Source: [Pasteurella] aerogenes
GTDB taxonomy: Bacteria > Pseudomonadota > Gammaproteobacteria > Enterobacterales > Pasteurellaceae
Assembly (NCBI GenBank): GCA_900637275.1
Contig: LR134362.1
Span: 769,884-793,883 of the forward strand
Length of the DNA stretch: 24,000 nucleotides
Direction: 5' to 3'
Below are positions 16,348-23,011 of the stretch, in pieces. A program made the translations under genes and the position numbers. Each line of letters opens with the position of its first letter. Positions within the stretch are counted from its first letter, which is position 1. The notes beneath the pieces are model-generated. The model searched no databases, was not told the DNA's origin, and saw only the letters and a list, made by a program, of their open reading frames with translations.

Positions 16348-16415
16348 TTTTTTTGTAGTAATTTTGGTAGTAAAAGATTAATATTTGAAAAATCTTACTA
16401 CATAAATCCTGAATT

Positions 16416-17696
16416 ATGCCTAAAACAGTTAAGCAGTTGACCGCAACTAAAATTAATACATCTAAACCAAAAGAGAAGATTTATTATCTCTCTGACGGTC
16501 AAGGCTTGCGTCTATCAATTAAGCCTAACGGGACTAAAACGTGGCTTTTCAATTATTTTAAACCGTACATTAGAAAGCGTACAGAAAAAACTATAGGTGT
16601 TTATCCTATTGTATCTCTTCAGGATGCAAGAGCTAAAGCGAATGAATATAGAGCATTGTTAGTCAAAGATATAGATCCACAAGAATATGAGCGAAATAAG
16701 CACATAGAAGAACGCAATGCAATAGTTAATACATTCGCTCATGTTGCGGATGAATGGCTTGTCTATCGATCCAAAATCGGAAAAGAACGAAATAATTACA
16801 CGGATAAAACCAGGATAGATACAGAAAGACGGGTAAAGTTTCTAAAAGATGTGATTGGTGATGTGCCTTTTGCTAAGTTAACACTACAGCACGGTTTAGT
16901 TGCGCTTGAAACATTGAGAGCAGAAGGAAAACTGAATGAGCTGAAAAAAAGATATTTAGTGCTAAAAGCGATTGGTGAGTATGGGGAAAGGTTTAATTTT
17001 TGGAAAAAAAATGAATGGCGGTATTTAAGTTTTGAGTTACCAATGCCTGATAAAAACAAGCATCACGCAGCAATCCATTACAAAGATTTACCGCACTTTT
17101 TGAAAGACTTGAGAAAAGCAAGGGTGGCACATACGTCACTATTGGCTATTCTGTGGGGGATGTTGAACGCATCGCGCGTGAGTGAAACGGTTGGTGCTAA
17201 GTTTGAAGATATTCGCGAACATCAGTTCTTACCCGATGAGCTGGTGTGGTTTGTTACCGTGTCAAAAGGTGGTAAAGGTGAACGTGACCACCTTGTGCCA
17301 TTATCGAAACAAGCGCGTAATTTGTTAAACCATATTAAGGCTCATACTAAGCGAGAATATCTATTCCCATCTGTAAAATCGGGCAATACACACTTAAACG
17401 AGCAGACACCAAACAATGTAATCAAAACAATGTGCGGTGGACGTTATAAGGGTGTAATGACTAATCATGGCTTGCGCACACTGTTTAGCTCTTATTGTAA
17501 TGACAATCGCCTAGAGCTTGGATTAGACAAGGAGATCATTGAAGTTTGCCTAAGTCACTTAAATAGTGATGATGTGCGCAATGCCTATAATAGAGCAGAA
17601 TATTTGCCTTATCGCTTAAAAACCTATCAGGCTTGGGCGAACTATGTTGCAGAATGTGCAGATGGGCTATTTGATGAATTACAAGAAGAAATATAG
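16416..17696 (+). CDS. int: Tyrosine recombinase/integrase (P4-like, with an N-terminal arm-binding domain)
   Basis: 426 aa. The N-terminus LTATKINTSKPKEKIYYLSDGQGLRLSIKPNGTKTWLFNY is the typical DUF4102-type arm-binding domain. Catalytic residues are recognisable in ...SRVSE..., HGLRTLFSS and HLNSDDVRNAYNRAEYL. Confidence 0.9.
   Translation: MPKTVKQLTATKINTSKPKEKIYYLSDGQGLRLSIKPNGTKTWLFNYFKPYIRKRTEKTIGVYPIVSLQDARAKANEYRALLVKDIDPQEYERNKHIEERNAIVNTFAHVADEWLVYRSKIGKERNNYTDKTRIDTERRVKFLKDVIGDVPFAKLTLQHGLVALETLRAEGKLNELKKRYLVLKAIGEYGERFNFWKKNEWRYLSFELPMPDKNKHHAAIHYKDLPHFLKDLRKARVAHTSLLAILWGMLNASRVSETVGAKFEDIREHQFLPDELVWFVTVSKGGKGERDHLVPLSKQARNLLNHIKAHTKREYLFPSVKSGNTHLNEQTPNNVIKTMCGGRYKGVMTNHGLRTLFSSYCNDNRLELGLDKEIIEVCLSHLNSDDVRNAYNRAEYLPYRLKTYQAWANYVAECADGLFDELQEEI
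17090..17098 (-). repeat. Hin-type USS core (inside int)
   Basis: ACCGCACTT. Confidence 0.9.
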
Positions 17697-17839
17697 GCTT
17701 TAACTTCACTTTCAGGAATTTTTCTAGATCTCCCGAATTTAAAGGATTTTAGCTTTTTACTGCGTATTAAGCGAAAGATTGTAGATTCTGAGGCTAGTCC
17801 ACAATCAACAAGTTCTTTTACAGAATAGTATTTTTCCAT
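17642..17839 (-). CDS. AlpA/excisionase-family HTH DNA-binding protein
   Basis: 65 aa. YYSVKELVDCGLASESTIFRLIRSKKLKSFKFGRSRKIPESEV matches the excisionase/AlpA HTH pattern. GGAG lies upstream of the ATG. The 3' end overlaps the int 3' end by 55 nt (convergent). Confidence 0.7.
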   Translation of the reverse strand: MEKYYSVKELVDCGLASESTIFRLIRSKKLKSFKFGRSRKIPESEVKAYISSCNSSNSPSAHSAT

Positions 17840-17852
17840 TTATTTCTCCAAT

Positions 17853-17876
17853 AAAAAAAACCTAGCTTTCGCTAGG
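17853..17876 (-). terminator. Rho-independent terminator immediately upstream of the xis/alpA-like gene
   Basis: The minus strand reads CCTAGC-GAAA-GCTAGG followed by T8, then the GGAG and ATG of the 65-aa gene. Confidence 0.75.
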
Positions 17877-17965
17877 CTTGTTCGTTGATCCATTCTCTTA
17901 GGTTTTTCCACGTTCGGTAGTCACAATCGTGACCTAAGTAACAAAATTCTCTATCATCTCTTACA

Positions 17966-18163
17966 TCATCTGTGTAACTCCAGCCCTGTGTCTAAGTCTC
18001 TGATGATAACGTTTTTTGTATTTTGGCTGAGATCTTGCCAATGTTGGCGTATGAAATCAGCACAATCACTGACTGCGTAGGTCATTCGTCCTATGCAGTA
18101 TCTGACGGACTGTATGGCGAGCGTTTGAAAAGTGCGGTGGTTTACGTTGATGGTTTTAGTCAT
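17966..18163 (-). CDS. Hypothetical phage protein
   Basis: A 65-aa ORF in the operon, overlapping the upstream gene by 8 nt. It contains an RYCIGRMTY motif seen in small phage proteins. Function is unknown. Confidence 0.5.
   Translation of the reverse strand: MTKTINVNHRTFQTLAIQSVRYCIGRMTYAVSDCADFIRQHWQDLSQNTKNVIIRDLDTGLELHR
18130..18138 (+). repeat. Hin-type USS core (prophage)
   Basis: AAGTGCGGT. Confidence 0.9.
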
Positions 18164-18371
18164 TGATTACTCTCACGGTTATTTCATATTTTGGTTTATC
18201 GTGTTCTAACAAAATAACAGGTTCATTACGTTCAATACAATGTTGAGCAACACAATATAATGCCATTAACGTTACATCTTGCTTTTCTTTCCAATAAAGC
18301 CCATTTTTTTCGAGATGACCTGCGTAGATTTGATTAGTCAATGGTGATACGCCTAATTTAATTTCTTTCAT
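18156..18371 (-). CDS. Hypothetical phage protein
   Basis: A 71-aa ORF. Its start overlaps the upstream stop (ATGA-type coupling at 18368-18371). Confidence 0.5.
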   Translation of the reverse strand: MKEIKLGVSPLTNQIYAGHLEKNGLYWKEKQDVTLMALYCVAQHCIERNEPVILLEHDKPKYEITVRVIND

Positions 18372-18565
18372 TTTGTCGCCTCTTTTTTAAAAGGTAAAAT
18401 AAAACTCAATCGTTGGTTTGATTTGCCATCTTCCAATACAAATTCCATATTGCCATCTTCTTTTTCTAGCCAACAAAGGAATTTAATATCTTCATAGCCT
18501 AAGGTTGTACAAATTCCCTGAAGATGAGAGAGAATTTTGGCAAATTTTTCTGCTTCTAATTGCAT
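18368..18565 (-). CDS. Hypothetical phage protein (shortened start)
   Basis: 65 aa from the ATG at 18565 (MQLEAEKF...), with GGGAGA upstream. The longer listed start at 18640 would lie inside the terminator hairpin at 18622-18651. Confidence 0.45.
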   Translation of the reverse strand: MQLEAEKFAKILSHLQGICTTLGYEDIKFLCWLEKEDGNMEFVLEDGKSNQRLSFILPFKKEATK

Positions 18566-18621
18566 AAATCTCCCGCCCATTGTTCGATTTGTTGGATAAG
18601 TTTGTTCATTTTGTTTTCTCC

Positions 18622-18651
18622 ATAAAAGAAAACCGCCCATAAAGAGCGGTT
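18622..18651 (-). terminator. Terminator-like hairpin after the Bro-N gene
   Basis: The minus strand reads AACCGC-TCTTTATGG-GCGGTT followed by TTCTTTT. Confidence 0.5.
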
Positions 18652-18659
18652 GGTTGTGG

Positions 18660-19295
18660 TTAAAATCTTGCTATTTGTTTTGGTTCTTCCAGTAGGCTCA
18701 GCATTCCTTTGACGAACATAATACGTTCGCTTTTGGCGTGAACATATTTTCGTGCTTTGGTAAGCGCGTTTTCGGTCGGACCATTTAAATTGTAAAGGTA
18801 ATGCCCGCCGATGGTTTTATCGATTTCTTTCGCAAGATACGGATGTTCTTTGCGTATCTTATTTCCCATTTCGTAAGCACCGTTGAGCGAGTGGAATAGA
18901 TTGACGATGATGTGTAGTGCTTCTTCGTCTGATTTGATTTCTTCAAGCGGTACGATTTGCGTAGAATTTTGCGAATATTGTCCTGTCTTGCGAATTTGCG
19001 GTAGCACTTCTTCAAAGACCCAGTTTTGAAAATCGATAGCTTGAGATTTGTTAGATCTAAAAATGATCCGATATAAATTCGGTTCGTTGATGAAAGTTAC
19101 TTCTTGTTTTCCGCCTTTGGTAAGGGTATACATTTTATGTAGACCCTTTTCATTAAATCTAAAGCGACTTGAATTTGCATTGCTTATATCAAGAGCTATA
19201 CACACATCTGTTAAACAAAAGTGCGGTTCATTGTTGATTACTTCAATGCGAACAGGATTAGATTTGAAATTGAAAGTAGAGATTTGATTTTGCAT
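18660..19295 (-). CDS. Bro-N domain protein (antirepressor-like)
   Basis: 211 aa. The N-terminus FNFKSNPVRIEVINNEPHFCLTDVCIALDI...FINEPNLYRIIFRSNKSQAIDFQNWVFEEVLPQIRKTGQY fits the Bro-N/Ant N-terminal domain. AGGAG sits 6 nt before the ATG. Confidence 0.75.
   Translation of the reverse strand: MQNQISTFNFKSNPVRIEVINNEPHFCLTDVCIALDISNANSSRFRFNEKGLHKMYTLTKGGKQEVTFINEPNLYRIIFRSNKSQAIDFQNWVFEEVLPQIRKTGQYSQNSTQIVPLEEIKSDEEALHIIVNLFHSLNGAYEMGNKIRKEHPYLAKEIDKTIGGHYLYNLNGPTENALTKARKYVHAKSERIMFVKGMLSLLEEPKQIARF
19219..19227 (+). repeat. Hin-type USS core (prophage)
   Basis: AAGTGCGGT. Confidence 0.9.
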
Positions 19296-19348
19296 TTTAT
19301 GCTCCTAGGATTTTAGTTATTGCCACTTAGTAGGTGGACAGGGTTCAA

Positions 19349-19494
19349 CTACCGATCCTAGTCGGCGGAGCTTATTTCCCTTTCGGGTATTGTATTTGGC
19401 TCTCTCACCCCGTCCATAACTTGGCAATACCTAAAATTTAGGCATAAAAAAACCGCTTTTATTGTCGGAGCGAGAAACCGACTAGGATTTGTAG
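19349..19494 (-). promoter_or_regulatory. Long-range inverted repeat in the leader of the Bro-N gene
   Basis: Plus-strand CTACCGATCCTAGTCGG (19349-19365) matches the reverse complement of CCGACTAGGATTTGTAG (19478-19494), giving 15 of 17 complementary positions, 11 of them contiguous. The same ATCCTAG heptamer recurs at the Shine-Dalgarno region (19305-19311). Confidence 0.5.
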
Positions 19495-19501
19495 TGCGGT
19501 T
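19446..19501 (-). terminator. Compound terminator after the DUF2513-like gene
   Basis: The minus strand reads AACCGC ... GTCGG-TTTCTCGCT-CCGAC ... GCGGTT followed by T7. Confidence 0.55.
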
Positions 19502-19530
19502 ATCTTAATCCGAAGGGGAGCGGTTGTCAA
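19502..19530 (-). promoter_or_regulatory. Candidate sigma70 promoter P2 for the Bro-N operon
   Basis: On the minus strand: TTGACA (19530-19525), a 17-nt spacer, then TAAGAT (19507-19502). It shares the motif ATTGACAACCGCyCC with P1. Confidence 0.55.
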
Positions 19531-19535
19531 TATCT

Positions 19536-19892
19536 CTATGGCAACATTGCACTAATTGTAGCGGTTGCCACTTGCTTAATAACATCAAAACTTAAATCAA
19601 GGCTTTTGCTTTGGACGGTGCTTTTGACTTTGTTCCATACGCTGTCGTTGCGGATTTTGTCTAAGAACTCGTGACCTTGCCAAGTGAGCGAAAGCGCAGC
19701 ATAGTTTTCTTCTTCCATCGTGGAAATATCAAGTGCTTCAATAATTCCGGCATTTTTAAGCAATTTGTAGTGATAAGCGACGGTTTTAAAATCATAACCT
19801 TGAATATCTGTACTCATTAACCAACTTGTACTATCTGCCTTTTCTTCAAGTTTGAGCAAAATTTTTCGGATTAAATCCCAGTTGCGTTTCAT
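19536..19892 (-). CDS. DUF2513-like winged-helix protein
   Basis: 118 aa. MKRNWDLIRKILLKLEE...YHYKLLKNAGIIEA...LTWQGHEFLDKIRNDSVWNK matches my recollection of the DUF2513 family pattern. Confidence 0.6.
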   Translation of the reverse strand: MKRNWDLIRKILLKLEEKADSTSWLMSTDIQGYDFKTVAYHYKLLKNAGIIEALDISTMEEENYAALSLTWQGHEFLDKIRNDSVWNKVKSTVQSKSLDLSFDVIKQVATATISAMLP

Positions 19893-19923
19893 TTAGGTTT
19901 CCTTTTTAGTCGGAGTATGGTTA

Positions 19924-19952
19924 AACTTAATTTGAATAGGGGCGGTTGTCAA
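19924..19952 (-). promoter_or_regulatory. Candidate sigma70 promoter P1 for the DUF2513-like gene
   Basis: On the minus strand: TTGACA (19952-19947), a 17-nt spacer, then TAAGTT (19929-19924). Confidence 0.5.
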
Positions 19953-19959
19953 TCATAAT
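19932..19959 (+). promoter_or_regulatory. Candidate promoter of the Abi-alpha-like gene, overlapping divergent P1
   Basis: TTGAAT (19932-19937), a 16-nt spacer, then CATAAT (19954-19959). Confidence 0.45.
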
Positions 19960-19976
19960 GAAATCCTCTTTATCTA

Positions 19977-20013
19977 GTGATAAGATTATTGCGATCAAAC
20001 TTTAATCTATCAC
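19977..20013. promoter_or_regulatory. Inverted repeat (candidate operator or leader hairpin) upstream of the Abi-alpha-like gene
   Basis: GTGATAAGATTA (19977-19988) and TAATCTATCAC (20003-20013) are reverse complements apart from a 1-nt indel. Confidence 0.4.
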
Positions 20014-20034
20014 ATTAACAAAGAGGACTTTACT

Positions 20035-20916
20035 ATGAGTGAATTTTATCCAATTATTAGTGGAGCTTTGAGCGGAATGGCTGCTGCAGGAGCATTAAAA
20101 GGACCAATTGAAAGCCTTACTCAAATTTGGACGCTAACTTTTGGTCGATTCCCTGACAATCTGTATCAGAAATACAAAATAAAACAAGCTGCTGATCTTG
20201 AGAAATATGCTAAAGAAGTCGCCCAGAATATCGAAAAAATTCCCGAAGAAAATATAAAAGAACCTAAAATGAGCGTTGTTGGTCCAGCACTTGAAGCCTC
20301 TAAATTTTATATGGAAGAAGATGAAATCAGAAGTATGTTCGCTAAGCTAATTGCTTCATCAATGGATAAAACTCAATCAGATAATATTCACCCATCTTTT
20401 GTTGAGATGATTAAAATGCTTAGTCCATTAGATGCACAGAATTTGTATTATCTTTTTCACAATAGGGATGAAACCATCTCTAAAATTATCATTAACTTAG
20501 AAAAAGGAGGTTATCAAGAAAAGTACACTCATATTTATTTAGGTAACCCAAAATGCCAAAGAAATGAGCTTATAGAGCCATCTATTGATAACCTAATTCG
20601 ATTGAAGTTAGTTGATGTATCTTATACGGAATACAAAACGGCTGAAAATGCATATACTGCACATTTGGAAAATCCACTATATATTGCACTTAAAGCTGAT
20701 GTTGCTGATAAAATTAACCGTATAAAATCTGATATTGATAAACTAAGCGATCCTCAGATTACTCAGGTTATGCATAACAATAAGATTTTATCTGATAATG
20801 AACGGTTAGCGTTAAAAGAGAGTTTAGAGAAAAATCTGTTCAAAGATGTTGAATTACAACAGGGTATTATTCAATTAACAGCACTCGGTCGAAATTTCTG
20901 TAAAGTCTGCTTATGA
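20035..20916 (+). CDS. Abi-alpha (DUF4393)-like protein, a candidate abortive-infection or defense moron
   Basis: 293 aa, oriented opposite to the surrounding prophage operon. The central segment EASKFYMEEDEIRSMFAKLIASSMDKTQSDNIHPSFVEMIKMLSPLDAQNL fits the Abi-alpha signature (...L..LLA...D......HP.F..I...L...EA..L). AGAGGA lies upstream of the ATG. Confidence 0.6.
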   Translation: MSEFYPIISGALSGMAAAGALKGPIESLTQIWTLTFGRFPDNLYQKYKIKQAADLEKYAKEVAQNIEKIPEENIKEPKMSVVGPALEASKFYMEEDEIRSMFAKLIASSMDKTQSDNIHPSFVEMIKMLSPLDAQNLYYLFHNRDETISKIIINLEKGGYQEKYTHIYLGNPKCQRNELIEPSIDNLIRLKLVDVSYTEYKTAENAYTAHLENPLYIALKADVADKINRIKSDIDKLSDPQITQVMHNNKILSDNERLALKESLEKNLFKDVELQQGIIQLTALGRNFCKVCL

Positions 20917-21087
20917 TTTTCTCTTATGAATAATTTCTTTTATATCATCAGCATATTTTTCCATTATCTGATTTTGCTCGAAAAAGAATTTATCAAACCA
21001 TTTTGTTACTTGTGTAATGGTAAACCAATGCACAAGTAATGAAACAATAAATGAAGTAAATGCTGAAGTGATGATGATTGTTTCCAT
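20911..21087 (-). CDS. Unlisted 58-aa single-pass membrane protein ORF
   Basis: METIIITSAFTSFIVSLLVHWFTITQVTKWFDKFFFEQNQIMEKYADDIKEIIHKRKS. AAGGA sits 7 nt before the ATG at 21087. The ORF falls below the 60-aa cutoff of the ORF track. Its stop overlaps the abi gene 3' end by 6 nt. Confidence 0.45.
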   Translation of the reverse strand: METIIITSAFTSFIVSLLVHWFTITQVTKWFDKFFFEQNQIMEKYADDIKEIIHKRKS

Positions 21088-21101
21088 TTTGTAATCCTTA
21101 T

Positions 21102-21123
21102 AAAAAAGCCCACGTTTGTGGGC
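21102..21123 (-). terminator. Rho-independent terminator after the 93-aa gene
   Basis: The minus strand reads GCCCAC-AAAC-GTGGGC followed by T6. Confidence 0.7.
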
Positions 21124-21131
21124 TGTGTTGG

Positions 21132-21413
21132 TTAATGGGTTCTCTCTAAAGAGAAATAACTTGCTTGAATACTTGCTGGAACAGAAGCATCTATCTCTTT
21201 ATATAAAGCTGTCGGAAATAACTTAGACATAAGTCTTATGGACTTTTGCTTGTTTTCTTTTCCGTTGAATTTGACTGAGAGAGTGGTATTTGAACCAAGC
21301 ATACTAACCACAATGGTTATAGTGTCTTTGAAAGCACCAAAGACAACTCTGTCATTAAAACCTAATTTAAAGCCATTTCTTTTTAAAACAGTAATGATTT
21401 CATCTCTTGTCAT
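21132..21413 (-). CDS. Hypothetical phage protein
   Basis: A 93-aa ORF. Its start overlaps the stop of the upstream gene (4-nt ATGA-type overlap at 21410-21413). Confidence 0.5.
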   Translation of the reverse strand: MTRDEIITVLKRNGFKLGFNDRVVFGAFKDTITIVVSMLGSNTTLSVKFNGKENKQKSIRLMSKLFPTALYKEIDASVPASIQASYFSLERTH

Positions 21414-21946
21414 AAGTTATCCTTTGGTAGCGGTGGGTGTGGTTGCCAGTGGGTAACATTACCGTGTCCACACATACCATATTCATTTGAATAAAAGATA
21501 TTTCCTTTAATCATAAATCCAATAAAGATGTGTGGATTGCTTCCACTATCATCTATACCATAGAGTAATATATCATCTGATAATTCTCCGTAATAATCGT
21601 GAGGATGCATATCAGGCAATCTGTCATCAACACTAATCCAGCTATTAACTTTTATAAGTTCTGGCGGTTCAATAACGTGGCTTTGCTCATCGTAATACCC
21701 CGATTCTAATTCATCATTTGTTAGAGGTCGTGTATCTGATTTTGCTCTACCTAAAATAACACCATAAACCGCATAAGGTAAATCATGTTCTACGTAATTT
21801 TCGAACTCGTCTAAATCACTTGCAAACTCATAAGCCTCATTAGCACAATCTAAACAACTTTTTCTTGCTTGTTCTTCCGTGTCATGAAGGTTTACTATGT
21901 GGATGTCGTTTGAAACATCTACAGAAAAATATTTTTCTTTAGTCAT
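21410..21946 (-). CDS. DUF551-domain phage protein
   Basis: 178 aa. The C-terminus WISVDDRLPD...HWQPHPPLPK fits the DUF551 pattern (WISV.D.LP ... W.PLP.PP). Confidence 0.6.
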   Translation of the reverse strand: MTKEKYFSVDVSNDIHIVNLHDTEEQARKSCLDCANEAYEFASDLDEFENYVEHDLPYAVYGVILGRAKSDTRPLTNDELESGYYDEQSHVIEPPELIKVNSWISVDDRLPDMHPHDYYGELSDDILLYGIDDSGSNPHIFIGFMIKGNIFYSNEYGMCGHGNVTHWQPHPPLPKDNL

Positions 21947-22397
21947 TGTTCACCACCTTATCAAATTCTCTTGTTGCCCAAGCGATAGCTTGAATACACC
22001 AACTAAAATTATCACTTAATACCGTAAAATCATTCATACTTACTTCATCGAAAACATCTCTAGCTTTATCTTCTAGTGAGCAAAGCCAGTGATCTACTTC
22101 GCGTTTTGATTCAAAATCAATGTTTTCTAATGATTTATAAAGCTCTTTCGCTAAATCAAAATCCGCATATTCGTGAATTGTTCTACGAATTTCTTGTTCT
22201 GCTACTTTTGAATCATATTGCTTAACTGGATATAAAGTATCTTGAGCAATCACTTTCTCGGTAATATAGCTATCACTCAACGCTTCCTCTTTCATAAAGA
22301 AATTATAAGGATTTAACAAGAGACCAAATACATAATGCCCCATATCGCTCATAATATTTCTCCAATTAAACGCCCTCAAAATTAAGGGTGTTTCCAT
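21939..22397 (-). CDS. Hypothetical phage protein
   Basis: 152 aa from the ATG at 22397, which overlaps the TGA of the exonuclease gene (TGATG). The TTG listed at 22400 is not needed. Confidence 0.5.
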   Translation of the reverse strand: METPLILRAFNWRNIMSDMGHYVFGLLLNPYNFFMKEEALSDSYITEKVIAQDTLYPVKQYDSKVAEQEIRRTIHEYADFDLAKELYKSLENIDFESKREVDHWLCSLEDKARDVFDEVSMNDFTVLSDNFSWCIQAIAWATREFDKVVNND

Positions 22398-23011
22398 CAA
22401 TTCACTTTAAACGCCTTCAGCGTTTCAATAAATTGTGGAATGTACTTATCAAAGGCTTTCATCAACACAATATCGGGTTTTTCGGTGTGTATAAAAAGCG
22501 TTTGTTTTTGATATTCGGGGCAATAACTGACAAAATCCCAACTGTCATAACCCGTAACCCATAAAGCGACTTGCACCTGTATGATGTATTCGCTGGGTAC
22601 AACGCCCTCAATGATATATTTGATGTGCGTTTTCATTTTGGGGCATTTGATTTCTAAGCCTTTTCGTAAGGTTGGGATAAGTCCATCTGGGCTTATCATC
22701 ATATCTTTGTCGGCATTGCGATATACACCGCCAACCTGAACAACATCATTGCCTGTGGCGAACTCGTACGCCATTCTTGCTTGTTCTTCCAGTTGATTAC
22801 CTCGCAACATATCAGTGGATTTGTAGCCTTCTGTTAAGCCCTCGATACTTTCTGCGACCAGTTCGGCAAGGTAGCTTGTCCACGCACTTGATTTTTTACC
22901 GCTTGGGGTGACGATATTTGACACCCCTGTTGCAGTAGGAATTCCTAATCGTGCGGTGAGCCATTCTTCTGTGCCTTGCTCACAGTTGAGTGTGATTAGG
23001 TTATCTATCAT
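22397..23011 (-). CDS. YqaJ-like (lambda Exo-type, PD-(D/E)XK) recombination exonuclease
   Basis: 204 aa. QGTEEWLTARLGIPTATGVSNI is the typical YqaJ N-terminus, and SPDGLIP...LEIKCP supplies the D...E.K catalytic motif. The start overlaps the stop of the annealing-protein gene by 4 nt. Confidence 0.8.
   Translation of the reverse strand: MIDNLITLNCEQGTEEWLTARLGIPTATGVSNIVTPSGKKSSAWTSYLAELVAESIEGLTEGYKSTDMLRGNQLEEQARMAYEFATGNDVVQVGGVYRNADKDMMISPDGLIPTLRKGLEIKCPKMKTHIKYIIEGVVPSEYIIQVQVALWVTGYDSWDFVSYCPEYQKQTLFIHTEKPDIVLMKAFDKYIPQFIETLKAFKVN

Noticed and set aside
18556-18640. 17-aa upstream ORF (MNKLIQQIEQWAGDLCN, ATG at 18609 with GGAG upstream) overlapping the start of the 65-aa gene, suggesting a frameshifted larger gene or a coupled leader peptide
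   Set aside because: The N-terminus loosely resembles MazG-like phage proteins, but the downstream frame shows no matching motifs. One sequence alone cannot distinguish a frameshift, a coupled uORF or chance. The 90-aa reading from 18640 was also rejected because it begins inside a terminator hairpin.
19337-19354. GGACAGGGTTCAACTACC resembles the tmRNA T-arm (GGACGGGGGTTCAACTCCCC), suggesting a secondary att remnant and two tandem islands
   Set aside because: Only about 10 contiguous nt match (GGGTTCAACT), which is expected by chance in a window this size. The acceptor/CCA part of the att core is absent, and the segment is better explained as part of the Bro-N leader structure.
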